From: Chlamydiia bacterium
Lineage (GTDB): Bacteria; Chlamydiota; Chlamydiia; Chlamydiales; 2-12-FULL-49-11
Reading direction: 5' to 3'
Assembly: GCA_044359535.1 (NCBI GenBank)
Contig: JBIKLZ010000029.1
Span: forward strand, 1 to 15,441
Length of the DNA stretch: 15,441 nt
A program made the translations under genes and the position numbers. The notes below the pieces were generated by a model that saw nothing but the letters and a program-made list of their open reading frames with translations, ran no database searches and was not told the origin of the DNA. Of this stretch, positions 1 to 7,088 are shown in pieces (positions within the stretch are counted from its first letter, which is position 1; each line of letters opens with the position of its first letter).

Positions 1-2
1 CC

Positions 3-2702
3 CGAGAATTTCATCCTACTAAAAATGGCGCTATTACTGCGGATCAAGTCCTAGGTGGTTCAGAAAAAAAATATTGGTGGAAATGCCCCAAGGGACCAGA
101 TCATGAATGGGAGGCTTCTGTTGGAAACCGAACTAAACAAAAGGGAACCGGATGTCCTTATTGTAATTGCGGTTGGACACTGGAAAAAATAAGACTTTTT
201 GTTAAAGATATTTTACCGCATTTAGAATGTCTTACCCCCGCAGAATTGTATGTGATTTTCCAACAGAATGGAATATTAAATTACCAAGGAAAAAATAAAA
301 CCTTTATTCAAGCTCTGAAAACTGGAAAATTTCCAAAAGATGAATTACAGAAATTTATTGATGGCGAACAATCTTTAGTGGATGAATTCATTGAAAATGA
401 AGACAAAGAGATTGATCAATTAGAAGAAAACATGCAAAAACTCTCATCTATTATTTCAGAAGAAGAGATTTCAAACCTAGAAGAAGAACTCCCCCTTGTA
501 GAAACCAAAGATGTTTTAGCTACTCTTAGTAATAAGATTATCTCAAACATTGATAAAGAGGCAATAGAGTTTTTTACTAACTCAGCTGTTGCAAAAATTT
601 GGCATCACGCATTTATTAATGAAAAAGCTGCTCTTGAGCAGCTTTCTGAAAGACCTTTAGATACCTACTCAGAAGAAGTCAAAGCAATATTTTTAGAGCA
701 ATATAATGGAACAAAAAGTTTAACCATCCCCTCTGGCTATAGTTTTAAAGTAAATGGAAAGCTATCCCCTCCTAACTTAATGCAGCAATTCACTGCGTTT
801 AGGGTGAAAACACGAAAAAGACTTGGTAATTGGTCTGGAACAGGTGCTGGAAAAACATTATCAGCAATCCTTTCTAGCAGAGTAATTGATGCGCGCTTTA
901 CTATTATTTGTTGTCCAAATAACGTCATAGAAGGGTGGAAAAATAATATAGAAACCATCTATCCAGATAGTGTAGTTTTTATCAAAGATACGAAGATAAC
1001 TCTTCCAGCAAATAAGCATTCCTATTTGATACTCAACTATGAGTTTTTCCAGCAACCTAAATCAGAGATCAAACTAAAGGCTCTTGTAGAAAGGGAAAAA
1101 ATAGATTTTATTGTCATCGATGAAATTCACTATTCTAAACAGCGAGTTGTTGACAACGTATCAAAACGTAAAAAAGCCATTTCAGCTCTTTTGTCAGAAG
1201 CAGCTAATAAAAATGAAAATCTATATACTATAGGAATGTCCGCTACTCCTGTTATTAACAACCTTTATGAAGGAAAGACCTTAGTTGAACTTATTACAGG
1301 TTTGCACCATGACGATTTAAACACCAAACCATCTGTTGGCAATTGTATATCCCTATACCAAAAACTAGTATCTAATGGGATTAGATGGCTTCCTTGCTAT
1401 CACCAAAAGATAGATGTGAAAACTGTTGAAGTCGATTGTGGTTCATATCTTGAGGAAATCAAAAATGTTAACCTTAAAGGTTCAATGGCTGATCTTGAGG
1501 CGATTTTAACCAAAGTAAAAATCCCAACAATTTTAGAAAATCTCAAACCAAAAACCATCATATACACCTACTATCTCAAAGACATTGTGGTCCCTTTGAA
1601 AGAAGCTATTGAACTGCAAGGTTGGAAAACAGCCATTTTTACAGGAGATGATAAAAGTGGTTTGGAGGAGTTTATTAAATTTGATGCAGACGTTTTAATT
1701 GCTTCAAGTTGTTTAGGTACTGGAGTTGATGGATTACAACATGTTTGTAACCGAATTATTATTAACACATTGCCATGGACTCATGCGGAATTTGAACAAC
1801 TTAAGGGTAGAGTCTATCGGCAAGGACAAAAAAGCGATCATGTCGACATTATTGTCCCTCTAACCTATGCAAATGTTAACGAAGAACGCTGGTCATGGTG
1901 TGATTCAAGGTGGAAGCGTATCCTCTTTAAAAAATCAATAGCAGATGCAGCTGTGGATGGAGTCATCCCTGAGGGTCACCTCAGAACTCCTGCTCAAGCG
2001 TATAAGGATATTATGAACTGGTTAAAACGATTAGAGGAAGGAAAACTACATGAGATTGAACGGAAGAAAATCAACCTTCAACTTTCGGAGGAAGCTGTTC
2101 AACAAGGTCTAAGAAAATTCGGCGATTTTTCTAAAATGAACCATCAGCTCAATTCTTCGAGCAGTGCCACGACTCATAAAAAATTTCAGAAGGATCCAAA
2201 AGATTGGGAATATTATCATTCTATGTATCGGGAAGCACGAAAAGGGTGGACTATTATCCCCTATAAAGAGGCTGCTAAATGGTGCAAAGCGAGACCACAT
2301 CTAGTTATTGGAGACTTTGGTTGTGGTGAAGCTTTACTTGCACAGGAGATTGAAAATATGATTTTTTCTTTTGATCATATTGCAGTTAATACAGAGGTAA
2401 CCTGTTGTGATATAGCTAATGTTCCGTTAGATGATGAATCTTTGGATGCTGCGATTTTTTCTCTTTCTCTTATGGGGACAAATTATCTTGACTATCTTAA
2501 TGAAGCTCATAGGTGTCTTAAATTAGATGGTCATCTTTGGATAGCGGAGACAACCTCTCGCTATAAAAATCTTTCTTCATTGGAAGGAGAACTTTCCAAA
2601 ATAGGGTTTGATCTTGTTAAAAAGCAAGAAAAAGGAAATTTTACTTTCTTACGGTTGATCAAAAGCGATAGACAGATATCTAGCTTGCAGATTTTTAGAT
2701 AA
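3..2702 (+). CDS. 5'-truncated multidomain protein: DUF4379-type zinc ribbon + SNF2-like SF2 helicase/ATPase + C-terminal Rrp8-like (Methyltransf_8) SAM-dependent methyltransferase
   Basis: The frame of ORF 246..2702 is open back to position 3 (REFHPTKNGAITADQVLGGSEKKYWWKCPKGPDHEWEASVGNRTKQKGTGCPYC), so the true start is outside the window. SF2 motifs: Walker A SGTGAGKT (~834-857), Ia ICCP, LNYE, Walker B DEIH (1119-1130), III SATP, V GTGVDGLQ, VI QLKGRVYRQGQ. C-terminus: VIGDFGCGEALLA (DFGCG 2313-2327), FSFD, CDIANVPLDDESLDAAIFSLSLMGTN, EAHRCLKLDGHLWIAE. Confidence 0.9.
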   Translation, partial: REFHPTKNGAITADQVLGGSEKKYWWKCPKGPDHEWEASVGNRTKQKGTGCPYCNCGWTLEKIRLFVKDILPHLECLTPAELYVIFQQNGILNYQGKNKTFIQALKTGKFPKDELQKFIDGEQSLVDEFIENEDKEIDQLEENMQKLSSIISEEEISNLEEELPLVETKDVLATLSNKIISNIDKEAIEFFTNSAVAKIWHHAFINEKAALEQLSERPLDTYSEEVKAIFLEQYNGTKSLTIPSGYSFKVNGKLSPPNLMQQFTAFRVKTRKRLGNWSGTGAGKTLSAILSSRVIDARFTIICCPNNVIEGWKNNIETIYPDSVVFIKDTKITLPANKHSYLILNYEFFQQPKSEIKLKALVEREKIDFIVIDEIHYSKQRVVDNVSKRKKAISALLSEAANKNENLYTIGMSATPVINNLYEGKTLVELITGLHHDDLNTKPSVGNCISLYQKLVSNGIRWLPCYHQKIDVKTVEVDCGSYLEEIKNVNLKGSMADLEAILTKVKIPTILENLKPKTIIYTYYLKDIVVPLKEAIELQGWKTAIFTGDDKSGLEEFIKFDADVLIASSCLGTGVDGLQHVCNRIIINTLPWTHAEFEQLKGRVYRQGQKSDHVDIIVPLTYANVNEERWSWCDSRWKRILFKKSIADAAVDGVIPEGHLRTPAQAYKDIMNWLKRLEEGKLHEIERKKINLQLSEEAVQQGLRKFGDFSKMNHQLNSSSSATTHKKFQKDPKDWEYYHSMYREARKGWTIIPYKEAAKWCKARPHLVIGDFGCGEALLAQEIENMIFSFDHIAVNTEVTCCDIANVPLDDESLDAAIFSLSLMGTNYLDYLNEAHRCLKLDGHLWIAETTSRYKNLSSLEGELSKIGFDLVKKQEKGNFTFLRLIKSDRQISSLQIFR

Positions 2703-2742
2703 ATTCATCTAACTTATCTCTTGAATAGATCAAAATTTTCAT

Positions 2743-2771
2743 TTAAAAGTTCTCATTCAAAATGTCATAAT
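2743..2771 (+). promoter_or_regulatory. Possible sigma70/sigma66-type promoter for the 217-aa gene
   Basis: TTAAAA (2743-2748), 17-bp spacer, TGt-CATAAT (2763-2771, extended -10 form). The AT-rich context weakens this. Confidence 0.3.
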
Positions 2772-2799
2772 TTAATAAAAGTCTAAAGAGATCGAATCC

Positions 2800-3453
2800 A
2801 TGTTATTAAAACACTCAGAACCTATTAAAAAATGGTTTAGCTTTCCCAAAAAGCTCAAATACGAATCTAAATGGATAATTATGTTCATTATTTTTTTAGC
2901 GCCTATTTTAATTTTTGTGTCTTACTTTAACCCTATATTTGGGAAAAAACTTCATCACTCCACCCAATGGTTAGGTAATATTTCACCTTTACTAATTGTT
3001 GTTGCTGGCTATTTTCTCAAAGAAGAAATAACCAACTGGCGTTACAAAACAAGGGCAGAAGCTGCGTCTGAAATTATTGGTAAATTTAGAGTTTGCTCAA
3101 AAGACTTAACTTACTGGGTTAATGCAGGGGGTGTGACACCAGCCACTGGCGAGGAAGCTGCCGGGCGTAAAATCCACCTTTCTATAAACAAATATGTGGA
3201 AAGCTGCCTAAAACCTTCTGCTCAATTTCCTATCCCCACTAGAAAGGAGTTAGACAATCATTTTAATAAGATGAGGGTGCTTGCAAACAAAATTTCAGGG
3301 AACTTAACCATTATTACTTCTCCCGAACCAAATAAAACCTTTGGACCTGAAATTACGATGAAAGCTTGTGCCAATCTTCAATCCCTCAACTCTAAGCTGG
3401 AAGAGATTCAAGATTTCTTGGATCAAAAACTTGGTCAGTACTTGGAAAGATAA
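2800..3453 (+). CDS. Hypothetical membrane protein (two N-terminal hydrophobic segments, soluble helical C-terminus)
   Basis: 217-aa ORF. Hydrophobic stretches WIIMFIIFLAPILIFVSYF and WLGNISPLLIVVAGYFL. No family recognised; the start could be the ATG at 2881. Confidence 0.7.
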   Translation: MLLKHSEPIKKWFSFPKKLKYESKWIIMFIIFLAPILIFVSYFNPIFGKKLHHSTQWLGNISPLLIVVAGYFLKEEITNWRYKTRAEAASEIIGKFRVCSKDLTYWVNAGGVTPATGEEAAGRKIHLSINKYVESCLKPSAQFPIPTRKELDNHFNKMRVLANKISGNLTIITSPEPNKTFGPEITMKACANLQSLNSKLEEIQDFLDQKLGQYLER

Positions 3454-3625
3454 GTAGAGTCATATCTTCTTCTAATCAATTTAATCAAATTTTAGGCGTC
3501 TAAGTCACCTTTCTTACTCTCCTTCTTTTATTGTAGAATAATTAAAAATAAGAACTTTTGTATCTTCATTAGAAAACTCTACCCTGATATATTTTAGAGA
3601 GTTCAGAGTTTTGTAGTAAACAAGT

Positions 3626-3667
3626 CTGAAAATCCGTAGGTCCACACTTCAAGTTTGCGCTGCCCCG
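3626..3667 (+). pseudogene. Degenerate 3' half of tRNA-Phe(GAA); probable attachment-site scar
   Basis: Canonical tRNA spacing: anticodon loop CTGAAAA (3626-32), 3' anticodon stem TCCGT, variable loop AGGTC, T-stem CACAC, T-loop TTCAAGT, T-stem TTGCG, 3' acceptor strand CTGCCCC (3660-66). No 5' half, no CCA, mismatched T-stem. Confidence 0.7.
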
Positions 3668-3690
3668 CTTCTATAAGTTTATTTCTCTCT

Positions 3691-3714
3691 ATCTTTGCAG
3701 TTAACTGCAAAGAT
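3691..3714. repeat. Perfect 24-bp palindrome ATCTTTGCAGTTAACTGCAAAGAT
   Basis: The sequence equals its own reverse complement; as RNA it forms a 10-bp stem with a 4-nt loop. It lies between convergent genes with no U-tract on either strand. Confidence 0.9.
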
Positions 3715-3834
3715 TAGGAGTATTATCATTTAAGAGAAATTTCATATTTATAAGAGTTATAAAGAACAAAAGAAAACCTCATCTAAATTTTTAACTAAAA
3801 CACCGCAGGCTATATAAAAATAGTACTGCTATAT

Positions 3835-4950
3835 CTATAAAAAAACTTCTTCAATCTCTATATGAGAGCTCTCTATTTGAAGACCAGGATCTCGTTTCAA
3901 AATTCGAGATGGATTAAAAGTTACTATTTTTATGGATTCTTTTACCTTATCAAAAGAATAGAAAGCACCAGGCAATACTTCATGTTTTATTCTTGGTGTT
4001 GCACCGACATTATTATCTAAGGGATTTTGTGCATAAGCTAGAAACTCTTGATACTGTTTAACAGAGGAAAAAGTTTTATCAAATGGATCTTGAGAAAGCA
4101 CAATAATTGGTGTAAGTTTTTCTGATGAGCAAAACCATCCAAAGCCTAATGCATGTATGATAAAGCTATCAATAGTATCATCATGTGGTCTAAGTAATTT
4201 TGCAGGATGAAAATCACTACTATATTTTCTTTTCAATCGCTCTAACTCTATTGCCATTATTCGGTAGGCACTAGTATTGATACCTTTTTCCCAAAACATA
4301 AAACAAAGTGCAGATAGATACTCTACCCATCTATGGGTTAGTTCCTTATCTCCTGGATATAACTTTGCAATCAGGGTCCTTCCATATCGATAAATAGCTT
4401 CTACTGAAAGGTCTTCTATGATATCTTTTATAAAATTTTCATTTAAATTTTCTTTTATGTAATTGTATTGATGTAAGAAAAGACTACTAGGATCCTTAAT
4501 TTGCTTATTTTGAAATTCGATTTGCATTTCGAAACTTAGCAATTGGAGGTCAGGTTCGTTACAATGCAAATGGTTATAAATACCATTGTATAATACCTCA
4601 TAGCCCTTATCAAACCCCTTACATAGTTTATGTAATTTTTCAGAATTTTTGACCTTGCATTTAAACTCTTTGACAGAGGCCTTCATAGCTTTTTTTACGC
4701 CTTCTTCAAGCGAAGGAATTATCTTTTCCAACCTCTGATGGATAAATTTTTGCTTGAAACCAAATAATTCAATAAATGCTACAGGGTGCTTGATCAAGTC
4801 TTCTGACTTTAAAGGAGCCACTAACTCCAGCGCAGCTTTGTTCTCTGATTTTTCCAGCTTCTCAATAAAAGAATCATATCTGTTTTTATCAGAAAGATAC
4901 CCAAAAGAGTTGGTATCGCAATAAAGAGGCCTTGAAATCTTACCATTCAC
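3835..4950 (-). CDS. Hypothetical protein with putative PIN-like nuclease motifs
   Basis: 371-aa ORF with GTG start and a good upstream promoter. N-terminal LYCDTN, then HPVAFIEL, and C-terminal HDDTIDSFII...IIVLSQD resemble the ordered acidic PIN motifs. Gene existence is well supported; the fold call is tentative. Confidence 0.6.
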   Translation of the reverse strand: MNGKISRPLYCDTNSFGYLSDKNRYDSFIEKLEKSENKAALELVAPLKSEDLIKHPVAFIELFGFKQKFIHQRLEKIIPSLEEGVKKAMKASVKEFKCKVKNSEKLHKLCKGFDKGYEVLYNGIYNHLHCNEPDLQLLSFEMQIEFQNKQIKDPSSLFLHQYNYIKENLNENFIKDIIEDLSVEAIYRYGRTLIAKLYPGDKELTHRWVEYLSALCFMFWEKGINTSAYRIMAIELERLKRKYSSDFHPAKLLRPHDDTIDSFIIHALGFGWFCSSEKLTPIIVLSQDPFDKTFSSVKQYQEFLAYAQNPLDNNVGATPRIKHEVLPGAFYSFDKVKESIKIVTFNPSRILKRDPGLQIESSHIEIEEVFL

Positions 4951-4965
4951 TATTTTTTTGACTAA

Positions 4966-4994
4966 AGAATAACATTTTTAAATCTTATATTCAA
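4966..4994 (-). promoter_or_regulatory. Sigma70/sigma66-type promoter for the 371-aa gene
   Basis: Minus strand reads TTGAAT (4994-4989), a 17-bp spacer ending in TGt, then TATTCT (4971-4966). The GTG start is 15 nt after the -10 box and there is no SD. Confidence 0.6.
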
Positions 4995-5045
4995 GACTCA
5001 GTTTATCTAAAAATTTACTATCTACATGATTTCTAGATATTCTGA

Positions 5046-5649
5046 CTAAAAGAAATATTTAGCGAAGCTACAAAGTTGTCTATGTGTTTAAAAGGAATTG
5101 ATGTAAGTAGTGAAGAGTATGGTGAAAAGACTTCTGATGATCTTTCAAGAAGAATGTCAGGTATCAGACTTCGAGAAGATCAACGAATTACTACTATGGT
5201 CGAAATCTTATTAAAACTCAGAACTCAGCAGGAAGAAGGTCTTATTTTTGCTTGTGGGGGCACTTCACGCAAAAGGATCAATTGATCAGTTTAAGAAGCT
5301 GAGATTGGATGATGAGGTTCTCTATTACTTCCCGCATTCATCAAGTCGCTATGATGAAAGTGTAGATGATATAGAAGTTCTCATGGATGGCACTTCAGGT
5401 ACTTTAGTAGATCATACGTACTTTTTGGCTCAAAAAGATATTAGGCCATTTTGCAAGAGAGTAATTGCTGAAATTACTGGAAAAACAAAGTATACAAGAG
5501 AAATTCTTGGTTACAACTCCCAATCTCAGTTTTTAAGTGATTATTTTAAAACAAACTTCAGAGCATTTCTTCGTCCAGGGTATCATGTAGATGCATTAGT
5601 AGATGCTACAGACAAAGGAAAACCAATAGAGAGATTGGATCGGAATTAA
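5046..5649 (+). pseudogene. Frameshifted, probably 5'-eroded and 3'-truncated hypothetical gene (ORFs 5076..5285 and 5248..5649)
   Basis: Removing one G from the G5 run at 5256-5260 joins the ORFs as ...EGLIFACGALHAKGSIDQFKK.... The first frame is open from 5046 with no ATG/SD start. The last codons overlap IS30 transposase sequence. Confidence 0.6.
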
Positions 5650-6210
5650 AAAGGTCACATACTACCATTGCTAGAGAGCTTAAAAGATGTGAGGCTCGCC
5701 TAGAGTACTCTCCGTCTAAAGTACACAGTCATGCTGGGAGACTTTTACCATCAAAAGGTAGAAAAACTATTATTGATATTAGGTCAAATGTTTGGTATGA
5801 GGCTATGCAAAAACTTGTAGAAGATTTTTCTCCAGAGCAAATTAGCAAGACAGTCAAAGCAGAATATGCTGATGAGCCTTTAAAGTGGATCTTTCATGAG
5901 ACCATTTATAAATATATTTATGCTACCCCAAAACGGGAATTAAGAAAAGTATTCACCTCTCACTTACGCAGAAAAAGACGGGAGAGAAAAGATTCCTTTT
6001 CATCTCATGAGCAAAGGGGAACAAATGAGAACACCAATGGGCTTTTAAGACAATATTTTCCTAAGCGGACTGATTTTACAAAGGTAACACTAGAAGAAAT
6101 CAAGTTTGCCCAGCATCGCCTGAATCACCGTCCTAGAAAAGTTTTAAATTGGCAAACACCGCAACAAGCATTTAAAAAACATCTTGGTGCGTTAAAAACT
6201 TGAATTCAAG
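5613..6210 (+). mobile_element. IS30-family insertion sequence remnant (transposase pseudogene with left-end and internal deletions)
   Basis: The frame of ORF 5805..6203 continues upstream as TNREIGSELKRSHTTIARELKRC (IS30 HTH). It then has FSPEQIS, HETIYKYIY and the C-terminal QRGTNENTNGLLRQYFPK...LNHRPRKVLNWQTP. The segment carrying the first two catalytic Asp residues is missing near 5990. Probable right end GGTGCGTTAAAAACTTGAATTCAAG (6186-6210). Left boundary approximate. Confidence 0.9.
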
Positions 6211-6248
6211 TTGTTCTTTTTCATAAAAAAATATATATAGTATTTAAT

Positions 6249-7088
6249 ATGAAAAAAACAATTCTCTTTTCAACAGTAATTCTTTCTCTTTCTCTAATTT
6301 TAGCGGCATCTATGGTTGTTTTTTTTAGTAGGGGAAAAGGGGATAATGAGCTCACGCTCTATGGAAATGTCGATGTGAGGCAGGTTGATATCGCCTTTAG
6401 AGTCAGTGGAAAAATTCAATCTTTACACTTTCAAGAGGGAGATAAAGTTAAACAAGGGGAGCTTCTTTGCTCTTTAGAAAAAGATCCCTATGATAGTTTA
6501 TTGCAAGAAGCTATAGCTCGTAAAGAGGTTGTTGAAGCTGACTACCTTAATGCAGAGCTTCAGTATAAAAGGCGATTAGAAGTCATTGATTCTGGGGCCA
6601 TTTCTGGCGAAGATTTAGATAATAGTTTAGCACGATACAAGGCTTTAAAAGCCTCTCTTGCAGAGGTTGAGCAGTCCATTGCTGTTGCAAAAGACAATTT
6701 AAACTACACTCAATCTTATGCACCCAACGAGGGGATTATTTTATCACGCATTCGAGAACCTGGAAGTGTTGTAAATCCTGGAAATCCTGTCTACACACTT
6801 TCTTTAGTTTCCCCTATATGGATCCTTGCCTTTGTCGATGAGCCCAATTTAGGGGTTGTTCATTATGGAATGGAGGCCACTGTCTACACCGACATCAAAG
6901 GGGGAAAGCGCTATAAGGGAAAGGTGGGGTACATCTCTTCCATGGCAGAGTTTACCCCTAAATCTGTACAAACCACTGCTTTAAGGACAGATTTAGTCTA
7001 TCGAATAAGGGTATACATCGACAAACCAGACAATCAACTTATTCAAGGGATGCCAGTGACTGTAAAATTGCACCTTGATAAGGGGTGA
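6249..7088 (+). CDS. ybhG: HlyD-family membrane fusion (periplasmic adaptor) protein, YbhG-like
   Basis: N-terminal TM anchor. LYGNVDVRQVDIAFRVSGKI lipoyl-like motif and AEFTPKSVQT..LRTDLVYRIR signature. First gene of the ABC operon. Confidence 0.9.
   Translation: MKKTILFSTVILSLSLILAASMVVFFSRGKGDNELTLYGNVDVRQVDIAFRVSGKIQSLHFQEGDKVKQGELLCSLEKDPYDSLLQEAIARKEVVEADYLNAELQYKRRLEVIDSGAISGEDLDNSLARYKALKASLAEVEQSIAVAKDNLNYTQSYAPNEGIILSRIREPGSVVNPGNPVYTLSLVSPIWILAFVDEPNLGVVHYGMEATVYTDIKGGKRYKGKVGYISSMAEFTPKSVQTTALRTDLVYRIRVYIDKPDNQLIQGMPVTVKLHLDKG

Noticed and set aside
737-2300. Short minus-strand ORFs (737..958, 861..1055, 1571..1768, 2109..2300)
   Set aside because: Antisense shadows within a motif-rich gene; no recognisable features.
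2110-2702. Classical Type I/III/ISP restriction-modification methyltransferase
   Set aside because: No NPPY/DPPY or PC motif; the motifs are Rrp8-like and no nuclease motif is visible in the window.
3573-3612. Inverted repeat AAAACTCT...AGAGTTTT before the tRNA fragment
   Set aside because: Only 8 bp in AT-rich DNA; cannot be distinguished from chance.
3595-3670. Intact tRNA-Phe gene
   Set aside because: No 5' acceptor strand, D-arm or 5' anticodon stem, and no CCA; only a 3' fragment is supported.
4959-5057. Imperfect direct repeat TGACTAAA(A)GAA(A)TA
   Set aside because: Two short, gapped, AT-rich copies; insufficient support for an operator or target-site duplication.
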